A DNA stretch of 63,859 nt, filler included, from Octopus bimaculoides (taxonomy: Eukaryota): assembly GCF_001194135.2 (NCBI RefSeq). It is 5 parts of 5 records of this genome, joined end to end, with 100 filler letters (N's around TTAATTAATTAA, not from the genome) between each part and the next. Parts side by side here need not be neighbours in the genome. Positions count along the whole stretch, not along the records: positions 32,661 to 46,358 come from NC_068999.1; positions 46,459 to 53,456 come from NC_069000.1; 3 more parts are not named here. The stretch is one strand, 5' to 3'. Below are positions 41,046 to 52,550 of the stretch, piece after piece (the stretch's first letter is position 1; every line of letters starts with the position of its first letter). The position numbers were made by a program, and so were the translations under genes. The notes under the pieces were generated by a model. The model had not been told where the DNA came from and searched no databases. It saw nothing but the letters and a program-made list of their open reading frames with translations.

Positions 41046-41819
41046 GTTCAACCTTCGATGCTACCTTCATTTTCATGTCTTCCGCATCTATCATTTTTTT
41101 CTCTTAATTTTGCTGTTATTTCTTATTTTAAGATATGAATTATATTTTGTACCAAATTTTGCCTAACCTTGCATATTTCCTTACATATTTCATTTCCTTC
41201 GATTTTGCCCGCTACACAATTTCTTTGCCCTCGTGATTAATTCCTTTTGAATTTTGATTGCTACTCAAGATTTCTCCCGTCTTCGATTTTCTCTTTAAGG
41301 GAATTTTGTTGCATTTTGCATATCTAACCCTTTGCACGAATTTATATTGTCCTGCATTTTGCCCTAAATTTTAACTTGCCTAATATTTGCCCGGATTTGG
41401 ATTTTAGCTTTGCTTACACTTTGTATTCTTTACTTTCGATATATTTTAGTAATTTTTTTTCGTTTATTTTTTATCGATTTCGTTCACTTCATTATTTCTG
41501 GTTTTATTTCGTTTATCCATCATTTTATTCGTTCGTTCAAATATTCACTTCTTCTCTCAGTCGTCTTTCCAGTATTCACTGCAAAGACGCGCGCACACAC
41601 GCACACACACACACACACATGCGCGCGCGCACACGCACACATGCATACGCGCGCGCGCACTCACACACACACGCACACGCAAGTTTATTTGCGACTGAGT
41701 TAATCGAAGTTTTTCATCTCACTATATAACAAGACGTTATTGTCTTTCTGTCGGTCTAGAGAGAGAGAGAGAGGGAGAGATCCGTAACTTCGCTTGTTTA
41801 ACGTAGATTTAATATTCTT

Positions 41820-42118
41820 AGTGGTTAGGGCATTCGGCTTACGATCATAAAATCGTGAGTTCAATTCCCGGCGACACGTTGTGTCCTTGAGCAAGACACT
41901 TTATTTCACGTTGCTCCAGTCCACTCAGCTGGCAAAAATGAGTTGTACCTGTATTTCCAAGGGCCAGCCTTGTCACACTCTGTGTCACACTGAATCTCCC
42001 TCAGAACTACATTAAGGGTACACGCGTAAGTGGATGGCACGTCAATTTCACGAGCAAGCTGTTCCGTTGATCGTATCAGATGGGACCTTCGTCGTCGTAA
42101 CCGACGGAGTGCTCCTTT
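41820..42118 (+). mobile_element. SINE related to family C (shared 3' half, different head)
   Basis: Shares aagggccagccttgtcacac...cgtcgtaaccgacggagtgc. Confidence 0.75.
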
Positions 42119-42518
42119 TTTAATATTCTAGGTACATAAAAATCACGCAGTCCTTGTTGCTTGTTAATCCTGGGTTATTCCCGATAGAGCAAATCTACGA
42201 TCTAAGTCTAACCGTGGTTAATCCGTGTTTTCACCTTATCACATCATCTCCTTGATTTTATAAGGTTGTCTCTATCGCATTTCTGAGGACATGCAATATT
42301 AGAGAGGTACAGCTTGCATTTCTAGTAGATCGAGCTATCGCAAAGAGATTTATTTGAACCTCAAATGTTAAATTTAGAAAGAAAAATAAAAGAACAATCA
42401 CAAACACAACAAAAATGAATCATTATTTCCACTTCTTTAAAAGCGAGAGTCGGATGACAATGTGTAAGGGCCATAATTCGTTGAACACCGTTCCTGGAGA
42501 CGGTGTCTGTCGAGCAAC

Positions 42519-42821
42519 ATGAACAACTTCCGCTCCTGCAATTGTTTACAAAACAACACAAACAACAGCAAAACCAGCTCCACCACCGTTAATAGCAATA
42601 ACAGTAACTTTCAAAGGTTATCAGGTGCCGAACAGCATGTGTGTTGCCAGAGTCCATCGTTACAACCTTCGTTGCATCAAACTTTACCAGAATTAGATTT
42701 CGAAAGAGGTTTATGGAATGATGCTGTAACTGGAGACATTCAAGGGATTCGCCTGAAACTGGAGAAACAGCGATATGGATGCACGGCCAATGCCACAGAT
42801 ACATCGGGTTATACTCCTTTG
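42519..42821 (+). CDS. ANKRD39: Ankyrin repeat domain-containing protein 39-like, first coding exon (101 codons, Asn/Ser/Thr-rich N-terminal extension)
   Basis: Translation ...HVCCQSPSLQPSLHQTLPELDFERGLWNDAVTGDIQGIRLKLEK...ATDTSGYTPL matches, from my recall, the ANKRD39 N-terminus (CCSHPSAV.GVQQTLEEMDFERGIWSAA.NGD...DSAGYTAL). The exon ends TTG|gtgagt (phase-0 donor at 42822). An in-frame TAA lies upstream at 42474. Later exons (expected to start HYA.R.G) were not found in called bases. Confidence 0.88.
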
Positions 42822-43145
42822 GTGAGTTCAAAGAATTACTTCTCATTTTTGTTTGTTTTTTATTTCCATTACTTTCGATAAAAGAAAAGTTGCTGTTGTT
42901 GTTGTCTAACTGGAGGACAATCCTGACAGTACAGTCCTACATTAATTTACCCCCTTCTTTTCAAGTCAATTGAATGAGGGGGGAGATTTGGCTGCTATTT
43001 CGAGCAGACCGAGTCATCACGTACAGACTCCCTCGCTGTGTCAGACCAGATGGCATGTTAAGCTTATCACTCCTCTGTGTGTCTGTATGCATACACTCGC
43101 ATACACATATATACCCGAACACATTTACACACACACGTGTGTGTA

Positions 43146-43204
<59 letters not shown>

Positions 43205-43336
43205 ATAATACAAATGAGCATATGCATGTATACATATATGTACATAACTACATCTACATGTATATGTAGATGCATATCCGAGTACAGGACGTAAAAAAAG
43301 GAACGGGAACATAAATAAAGCACAAAAAATGGACTT

Positions 43337-43371
<35 letters not shown>

Positions 43372-44283
43372 TATCTCTACGTACTAAAAAAAACCCAGTT
43401 TCATATACTTGCATATGTAGGTATGTTATATATAACATACCTACGTATTTGAAAGAAATTATATTAATGTGTCGAACTGGCTAAAATTCTATTTATTTGT
43501 GCAGCTGATAATGGCACTGCATTTAAATTGATGTAATGATTGCATTGTTCAATTAAATGGAGTTGCTTGAAATGGTCGTACTGCATCCCACCTTGACACC
43601 CCATGCTAGCATGGAAAGCGGACGGTAAACGATGATGATGATGATGATGATGATGATATATNNNNNNNNNNNNNNNNNNNNNNNNNNNNNNNNNNNNNNN
43701 NNNNNNNNNNNNNNNNNNNNNNNNNNNNNNNNNNNNNNNNNNNNNNNNNNNNNNNNNNNNNNNNNNNNNNNNNNNNNNNNNNNNNNNNNNNNNNNNNNNN
43801 NNNNNNNNNNNNNNNNNNNNNNNNNNNNNNNNNNNNNNNNNNNNNNNNNNNNNNNNNNNNNNNNNNNNNNNNNNNNNNNNNNNNNNNNNNNNNNNNNNNN
43901 NNNNNNNNNNNNNNNNNNNNNNNNNNNNNNNNNNNNNNNNNNNNNNNNNNNNNNNNNNNNNNNNNNNNNNNNNNNNNNNNNNNNNNNNNNNNNNNNNNNN
44001 NNNNNNNNNNNNNNNNNNNNNNNNNNNNNNNNNNNNNNNNNNNNNNNNNNNNNNNNNNNNNNNNNNNNNNNNNNNNNNNNNNNNNNNNNNNNNNNNNNNN
44101 NNNNNNNNNGGGGTATCCTCCTTCCTATTCATTTAAAATCTGGCCATCAAATTGAAAAGATCCAGAAGCTGTGAAGTTACTATATGAGTGTTTGTATGTG
44201 TATATGGGTTCACTTCCTATGTTGTTTGTATCTCTGTCCTTTATACAGTTTTTTTTTTAATTATCTATCTCTGTATCTTATAC

Positions 44284-44577
44284 ATTATTTATATTTGACG
44301 GATATTTGTCTTCATCTTGTTGTTAACACAACATTTCGGCTGATATACCCTCCAGCCTTCATCAGGTATCTTGGGGAAATTTCGAACTTGGGTTCTCATT
44401 CCTAAGGTATTTTTCGATGTTGTTGTTTTTGTTATTATTATTATTATTATTCAGGTCACTGCCTGGAATCGAACTTGGAATTTTGGGGTTAGTAGCCCGC
44501 GCTCTATGCCATATGCCCGTGAGGACAAATATCCGTCAAATGTAAATAATTCCTCGTCTCTTAAATATAGAACTCTG
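44284..44577 (-). mobile_element. Non-autonomous element: tRNA-like head + (AAT)n linker + hammerhead tail, with inverted terminal segments
   Basis: B-box GTTCGATTC and a degenerate A-box on the minus strand at 44452-44520. The left end tttatatttgacggatatttgtcttc is the reverse complement of the right end gaggacaaatatccgtcaaatgtaaa. A second end copy lies at 48175-48210. Confidence 0.65.
44325..44370 (-). ncRNA. Minimal type I hammerhead ribozyme motif (Penelope-type)
   Basis: The minus strand reads gatac CTGATGA a ggctg-gagggtatat-cagcc GAAA t GTT gtgtt. This gives both conserved core boxes, a 5-bp stem II, stem I gatac/gtgtt (with G-U pairs) and a near-palindromic stem III AA(T)GTT. Confidence 0.7.
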
Positions 44578-44619
44578 TTTCTTATATTTATCATAGGTAT
44601 GTGCATATTTGTCTATTGT

Positions 44620-44664
<45 letters not shown>

Positions 44665-44694
44665 CATACACACACACACACATATATATATATC

Positions 44695-46040
44695 TATAAG
44701 TGCCAGGAACAAAAGTGACCTATACATGGCTTATGTAGACCTAACCAAGGCCTTTGACACTGTAAGTTGTGCAGGGCTTTGAAAGCTCATGGGAAAGTTC
44801 AGACAGATTCAGCAACATAGTGCAACAGTTCCACAACGGCATTCTCTATTGGGTACTGGACAGTGCATATCATTTCTATTCATTCCCAATTACTAAAGGG
44901 GTCAAGCAGGGCTGTGAACTTGCATTTAAGCTGTCCAGCCTGATGTTCTCAGCCATAGTGTTGGAAGGCCTCATGCAATGATGATGAAACCAACATCAAG
45001 ATCAGATTCAGGACTGAGGGCAGACTCTTCAACCTGTGAAGGTTAGGGGCCCAAGACCAAAGTGAGTGACTTCCTGTTTGCAGATGACTGCATGCTCAAT
45101 GCTGCCACAAAGGCCGAGATGCAGCAGGGTGTGAACTGCTTTTCTACTGCCTGCAACAACTTTGGTCTCATAATCAGTCCTCAAAAGACTAAGGTCAGGC
45201 ACCAACCTGCCCTGCAGAAGCCATATGTGGAACCAGCTGTCACTGTAGAAGAGAACAACCTTCAAAGTTGTTAAGCTCACACACCACAACAGCATATTCT
45301 CCAGATCTTTGAACATTGATGATGATGTTGACACCGGTGTCACTAAACGCAACTCTGCATTCAGCTGAATACGTGAATCAATGTGGTAGAGGAGATGCAT
45401 TCGGCTGGCCACCAAGATGGTGTGTGAAGCATTTGTATTGTCTTCACTACTGTATGTCTGGGAGGCTTGGGCAGTTTATGAACACCACACCAAAATTCTA
45501 TACCACTTCCACATGCGCTACCTGAGAAAACTATTGAGAATCATGTGGAAAAACAAAGTCTCACACACACACAGGGGTCATCTCTTGGGCTGTTCCCCCA
45601 AGAATTTACACACTGCTGAGGAGAGCACAAATCAAGTGAGTAGGCCACCTTGTTTGAATGCCTGACTTATGACTATTAAAGAGACTATTTTACAGGGAAC
45701 TGTTTGAAGGGAAGCGTCTGCAAGGTGGACAGAAAAAATGCTTCAAGGATACACTCAAAGCCTCACTGAAGAGCTTTGAGATGAACCCCAACACCTGGGA
45801 AATGCAAGCGCAAGACTGCCCTGCCTGGTAAATCTGCACCAACAGAGATGCAAACCAGCTATGAATGGAGCAGGATTGCAGGGGCAGAAAGAAAACATGA
45901 CCTGTGCAAGTCCAGAGTCAAGTCCTTGCCTTCAGTCCCAGCAGACTACCAATACCTGACCCCCAGCAGAGCCTTCTGAGCATGCATTGGTCTAAATCAA
46001 CCGCAGTCAGACACACCAAGCTCTGCTTTATTCACCCATT
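44695..46040 (+). mobile_element. 5'-truncated RTE (BovB-like) LINE, RT and 3' end
   Basis: KCQEQ, AYVDLTKAFDTV, FPITKGVKQGC, DFLFADDCMLNA and GLIISPQKTKV, with multiple frameshifts. Confidence 0.9.
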
Positions 46041-46126
46041 TGATGTTTTTGGTCATTATCAACAATGATGGACAAAGTAAAGGAAAAATGTGGGCTGGAT
46101 GTATATATAATATGTATGTGTATATA

Positions 46127-46358
46127 TCATCATCATCGTTTAACGTCCGCTTTCCATGCTAGCATGGGTTGGACGATTTGACTGAGGACTGGTGAAACCG
46201 GATGGCAACACCAGGCTCCAGTCTAATTTGGCAGAGTTTCTACAGCTGGATGCCCTTCCTAACGCCAACCACTCAGAGAGTGTAGTGGGTGCTTTTACGT
46301 GTCACCCGCACGAAAACGGCCACGCTCGAAATGGTGTCTTTTATGTGCCACCCGCACA
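46127..46358 (+). mobile_element. Interspersed repeat starting (CAT)n-cgtttaacgtccgctttccatgctagcatggg (partial reverse copy at 43575-43660)
   Basis: Two copies in opposite orientation in this window. Confidence 0.65.
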
Positions 46359-46739
46359 NNNNNNNNNNNNNNNNNNNNNNNNNNNNNNNNNNNNNNNNNN
46401 NNTTAATTAATTAANNNNNNNNNNNNNNNNNNNNNNNNNNNNNNNNNNNNNNNNNNNNAATTCAAGGTTGGTTTATTAAATAAAAGTCGAGGTCAAAATA
46501 CGTGAAATCAAAACAGGAGTGTAAGACAAAGATTGGGCTTTGAATCAACATATATAGGTTATTTTTAAAGGAATGTATATAATTAGGTTTGAAAGAAAGT
46601 GCTCATTGCGAAGAATCTTTTGGTGAAAACTATTAGCTGGGAAAAAGTTGTATGAATTTAAGTGACAAAAAAAAAAAAAGATAAGTAACCCTAAAAATAC
46701 TAGCTCTAGCAGCAAAATTTTCAGTTTAACATGCCATCT

Positions 46740-46975
46740 TCATTTTGGTTTCCGTGCTTATCTTTAATTATGGTCAGGAATGTTTGGTAACGACTGAAAT
46801 AGCACGACAGGAAATACAAACATCCGAAATGAGGATCTTCCGAGGGATCTCTGCAGTAATGTTACTCCACTGGGTTGGCTGCTCAGAGATCAGGAAGTAT
46901 CTCCAGGTCGAACCTCTGCTTCTCTTTATTGAAAGGTCACAACATCGGTACTACGAACATGTGATTTGAATCTCA
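46740..46975 (+). mobile_element. RTE-like LINE 3' fragment (second family)
   Basis: YGQECL...IQTSEMRIFR.I...IRKYLQVEPLLLFIERSQHRYYEHV. Confidence 0.65.
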
Positions 46976-48601
46976 CGGTAAAAGAATCACAAGACGGATT
47001 CTTCAAGCTGAATCAACGGGCAGTAGATCTACGGGCAGATAGTACCCATCGGCTCAGTTTGGTTTCACTTATCAACATAACCGGTAATTTTAATAAGAAC
47101 TGCCTATATCTGGAAGGGCTCTCTAAAAGAAATACCTGTGGAATCTACACCCACGAATCTCCAAGAATTAGTGGATGGTTTTATTGATTCAATTTGTTAC
47201 TACAACACAGTGTGCACCCCATTTTTTTCTGTCTACGCTAAAATTAAAGCTGAACTGAAGATGACTCCTTTATATTGTTCCAGATAATAGTCATACATAT
47301 TCACAAAATTTCTCTCATATATTGACGTGACCCTGAACATAAAAACATATAAACACAGTATAATAGCATAGTAGAGTTCTTTTTCATTTAAGAATTTATG
47401 GTAAACTAGATGATATTCTAAAATGAATTTAGGTAAGGTTGTGTATTTCGTAGAGCAGATAAGGATAGTAATATAAAAAAAAAACAATGTAAAGTTAAAG
47501 AAATCAGAGGCCCGTTGGTGAGGAGACACAATTCAATGATTTTAGCTAAAAGAGATTGAAACTGAATATTCTATAACACCTAACCTAGTCTCCGAATATT
47601 TCTTCTACGTTTTTATCATGTACGATATAAAATTAGTTCTTACTTGGCGTGGGAAAAGCTTTATCATCGAGAGATCTCTTGAAGACTAAACGGTTCTGTG
47701 AAAAAATCAAAAAAAAAATCATACAAATAGAATTTCAGAAAAGTTATCATTGTTGGATTAGAATTTAAACTAAGCGATATAATGATGAGATTTTTGAACA
47801 GTATCTTAGGAATATGACAGTGACAACCTCATTGTTAATTCCACTTAATTTACAACGTTGTGTTACAACTTGCTGCCTTACCCGCATTCTTCTGTGAGAC
47901 GGATATTCCTTTATTTCTTGTTTTTATATGGCAAAAGCATATCCATCGCATGAGAGCTAATATTCCTGTATTTTATATAGAGCGAAGAGTAATTTTCATG
48001 TCTGTGTCTGTGTATTTGAAAATTGTTTGAAACGTAGTCATACATGTTTTTCTATTAATATACATTCAGCCATATTTCTGGGGCTCTATTGTTCAAGAGA
48101 TTGTGCAAAATTTCCCATTACGTGCCTCTATTCCCCAATCAAAGAATACTTTCCAGGAAGCTCTTATTATTCATTATTTACATTATTTACATTTGACGGA
48201 TATTTGTCCTNNNNNNNNNNNNNNNNNNNNNNNNNNNNNNNNNNNNNNNNNNNNNNNNNNNNNNNNNNNNNNNNNNNNNNNNNNNNNNNNNNNNNNNNNN
48301 NNNNNNNNNNACGCAATATCATTTTATTTCCACATTTTAGTATGATGAACTGATCCTTATACAATATTTTTCTAGAATTATTCTATTAACATAATTCTCA
48401 CATTTTCTGGCGTCTATTTTCTCTCGGTTGGAATATTTTTCTTCCGGCTAGTAGGACAGATTATTTTAACGATTTACATAACACTAATAAAATATTATAA
48501 AGAAGAATTTAAAATTTCTATATTACTTTCTGATAGCATATCATGTCTTGTAATTGGACAACACGAATTTTCATAAGAAAGCGAATTCCGCTATACAGCC
48601 T

Positions 48602-49422
48602 TCAATATTTACTGCACACAACACAGCTTAGTTCTCGACCATTTATATACGGTGGACATGGCAATGACCCACAAATACCCTGGACGAAATATAATAAAGC
48701 TCCATTTTCGTTTCTGTAACNNNNNNNNNNNNNNNNNNNNNNNNNNNNNNNNNNNNNNNNNNNNNNNNNNNNNNNNNNNNNNNNNNNNNNNNNNNNNNNN
48801 NNNNNNNNNNNNNNNNNNNNNNNNNNNNNNNNNNNNNNNNNNNNNNNNNNNNNNNNNNNNNNNNNNNNNNNNNNNNNNNNNNNNNNNNNNNNNNNNNNNN
48901 NNNNNNNNNNNNNNNNNNNNNNNNNNNNNNNNNNNNNNNNNNNNNNNNNNNNNNNNNNNNNNNNNNNNNNNNNNNNNNNNNNNNNNNNNNNNNNNNNNNN
49001 NNNNNNNNNNNNNNNNNNNNNNNNNNNNNNNNNNNNNNNNNNNNNNNNNNNNNNNNNNNNNNNNNNNNNNNNNNNNNNNNNNNNNNNNNNNNNNNNNNNN
49101 NNNNNNNNNNNNNNNNNNNNNNNNNNNNNNNNNNNNNNNNNNNNNNNNNNNNNNNNNNNNNNNNNNNNNNNNNNNNNNNNNNNNNNNNNNNNNNNNNNNN
49201 NNNNNNNNNNNNNNNNNNNNNNNNNNNNNNNNNNNNNNNNNNNNNNNNNNNNNNNNNNNNNNNNNNNNNNNNNNNNNNNNNNNNNNNNNNNNNNNNNNNN
49301 NNNNNNNNNNNNNNNNNNNNNNNNNNNNNNNNNNNNNNNNNNNNNNNNNNNNNNNNNNNNNNNNNNNNNNNNNNNNNNNNNNNNNNNNNNNNNNNNNNNN
49401 NNNNNNNNNCCACCAACCACAC
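48602..49422 (-). CDS. Short-chain collagen C4-like protein, 3' coding region (G-VVGG ...N gap... YRNENGALLYFVQGICGSLPCPPYINGRELSCVVCSKY*)
   Basis: Acceptor ttcttaccaattccag|GT GTG GTT GGT GG joins the previous exon as YNG-VVGG. After the gap (48721-49409) the text NGALLY...CGSLPCPPY..GRELSCVVCSK is the family C-terminal signature, with the stop at 48602-48604. The middle is unsequenced and may contain another intron. Confidence 0.85.
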
Positions 49423-50804
49423 CTGGAATTGGTAAGAATATATCAAGTCAATAAAATATAAAGTTAAGTTATATATTAAATAAGAAAAACGTAGATTAAA
49501 AGAAATCCTTGAAAAGGAACTTTCAATGTCAATATTGCCATAAATACGTTACGCAAGATTTCTCTATGCGTGATTAGATGTGTATCTTTGTGAGTTTGTG
49601 TGTGTGCGTGTGTATGTGTGTGTGCACGCGCGTGCGCAGCTAAAGCACCCGCTTCATCGTGAACAGATCACGCCTAAATACACGTCATGGCCACGTAGGC
49701 GTTATTTGATTCACCACTGATATTATTTTACGTCTAAATTATTGTGAGTAGAGAAGGAATTGTAAGGTTCAGTTTCGGATGAATTGAGAGTTGGGTAGGA
49801 AACCGTTCAGGGTTAGTTTATAGAAAAAGAAAATCTGTTCTTCTGTATGTCAAGCAAAAACCAATCGCGTTTAAGGAAAGTGAGGTTGAATGGGGAAAAG
49901 GCAGGAAATAGTGGCATCCGATTGGATAGATCAGAATTGCCTTACCACGATGCACTAGCGTGATTACGTGGTGAGATAGTGCGTAGTTAATGGATACAGT
50001 CCTTACGTACCTACATTTATGAATTAGAAGATTTGAGGTATTTAGTCCACATTGTACATTGTGCGGTCATTTCAGTCACCCTTTAAAATCCGATGTCGCT
50101 ATAATCAACCTGTAGAATTTGTGTTGAATTTAGCCAACACCTACAAANNNNNNNNNNNNNNNNNNNNNNNNNNNNNNNNNNNNNNNNNNNNNNNNNNNNN
50201 NNNNNNNNNNNNNNNNNNNNNNNNNNNNNNNNNNNNNNNNNNNNNNNNNNNNNNNNNNNNNNNNNNNNNNNNNNNNNNNNNNNNNNNNNNNNNNNNNNNN
50301 NNNNNNNNNNNNNNNNNNNNNNNNNNNNNNNNNNNNNNNNNNNNNNNNNNNNNNTGGCAGTTTTCATCACAATAGAGGACATCAATCTGGTCACTATCTG
50401 TAATAATCTTTAAAAGACATTTACATTCTGTGATTGGGTTTTCGTGCACCTAATATGACATTCTGGTCATGTGATCATACTTGACAATATTTATACTGAT
50501 CGGGTATGATGAAATAAATACAACGGGGTAAGTAGACTTGTGCAATCGCTAGAGAATCTATAAGCGCTGTTTAAATCGTGATATACTTATAACAGGATAT
50601 ATATTTGTGTACATTAAAAAAAGGGAGGGAGAGAGACGGGNNNNNNNNNNNNAGGGAGAGAGACGGGAGGAGGGAGAGAGGCGGGAGGAGGGAGAGAGAC
50701 GGGAGGAGGGAGAGAGACGGGAAGAGGGAGAGAGAGGGCGAGAGATGGTGAGAGATGGTGAGAGAGGAAAAGAAAGAGAGAATAATAATATGGAATATAC
50801 TAAC

Positions 50805-50879
50805 CATTATATACCAGACTTGAATAACAAGGACAGGTTGTTCTACCCCACCGGGTATACAGTGATCCAGGACTGGGTC
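50805..50879 (-). CDS. Short-chain collagen C4-like secreted protein, internal 75-nt exon (GPSPGSLYTRWGRTTCPCYSSLVYNG)
   Basis: Acceptor tttaatttcacag|GACCC and donor AATG|gttagt, phase 1-1. The Y.RWGRTTCP motif is the typical start of this invertebrate Cys-rich domain. Confidence 0.85.
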
Positions 50880-52239
50880 CTGTGAAATTAAAAAGAGAAC
50901 AGGGTAGTGCAACAGAAATAAATGGTGAAGCATGTAAGGAAAGAATTTCTTGGCTAGAAATTAATGGATTTTGGTGTGACAATAGTTGGAAATGAGGAAG
51001 GAAGGATAGGTGANNNNNNNNNNNNNNNNNNNNNNNNNNNNNNNNNNNNNAACAAACAAACAAACAAAGGAACGAGAGATTTATCTTGAGAAATCACATT
51101 TCTGAACGGGAAAATTCTTTTTACTGTGAACGTCAAGTTGATTCCGGGAAATATTCACCCAAAGCCATCGGTGAATGTATACTTAACTTCAACTTTTAGT
51201 TACTCGTAAAGATTTGTATGATTCATCGCTAATTCACTTCTCAGCCGAATTGAATGCGGTTTTTAGCAATGATTATCCAATCTTCAGCTAAATTTTAAGA
51301 TAAAATAATTCAAGGTTGGTTTATTAAATAAAAGTCAAGGTCAAAATACATGAAATCAAAACAGGAGTGTAAGACAAAGATTGGGCTTTGAATCAACATA
51401 TATAGGTTATTTTTAAAGGAATGTATATAATTAGGTTTGAAAGAAAGTGCTCATTGCGAAGAATCTTTTGGTGAAAACTATTAGCTGGGAAAAAGTTGTA
51501 TGAATTTAAGTGACAAAAAAAAAANNNNNNNNNNNNNNNNNNNNNNNNNNNNNNNNNNNNNNNNNNNNNNNNNNNNNNNNNNNNNNNNNNNNNNNNNNNN
51601 NNNNNNNNNNNNNNNNNNNNNNNNTGTGTGTGTGTGCTTAGCCCAGAGTAACCCGTTGCAAGATCGATCCGCCGGAGAAGAAACTGGCAACCCAATCAAG
51701 AAAGGAGTTTGCTTTTCATGGTACAACCCGCAGGACGATAAACAAATGTCTGCTAAGAAACGAGTTTCGAAATCTCTGTACCCAGAGTTGCGAGCATTCT
51801 CCGTTGTTGATCCTCTGCATATAATGTCTGGTGACGCAATGTGAAGGAAACGAGAGGAAATCAAAGACACATGGCGGCAGCATTTCAACGATGTTTTGGA
51901 TACCCACTTAACACTTTGAGTTGTCTTGAAGCTAGAGTGCCCGGAAAATTTAATCGGCCTCATTCGACCTCTTTATGACAATATGAGAATATCGTTTTGT
52001 ATCAATGGTTAACTTTGCTCCTATTTTGAGCCCCATCTTCTTCATTATTAATTTCTTGTAAGTCTTTGTCTATTGTGATGCTAGTATTTACATCCGTTAC
52101 TGAAGAACAGGAAGGCATTTCGCAATTCGTCGTTTTCATGAGTCTCATTTGAGACCTAAACTCTGATGATTGCAATCTCGTAATCCAAACTAAAGTGATC
52201 TGAAGATGCTTATACCATGCTTTCCGACTGCATGTGATG

Positions 52240-52550
52240 AGACTTGACTTACAATCACTTATGAAAAACAAAGTAGTCATGCTATAAACAGTACTTGGTA
52301 AGTCATATATCCCGCAATCGATATAGGACAAATTAAAAATGTGGATATGTTTGCCTGCCAAGGTTCAGATGGACAGGTTTATGCTGGAAAGTTCATTTGT
52401 TGTATGTGTGGAATCCGTTACAAGCCGTAGAGGCAATGTGACACGGCATCACCTTTATTCAGTCAATACTACACAGCAAGCACGGATAAACAAAGAAAAT
52501 ATATTCATAGAAAAGTACAAACCAAGGCTGAATAAACATAAACAAACTAC
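52240..52550 (+). mobile_element. Penelope-like GIY-YIG endonuclease remnant
   Basis: A DIGQ (YIG-like) segment and the C-terminal RINKENIFIEKYKPRLN. Confidence 0.5.
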
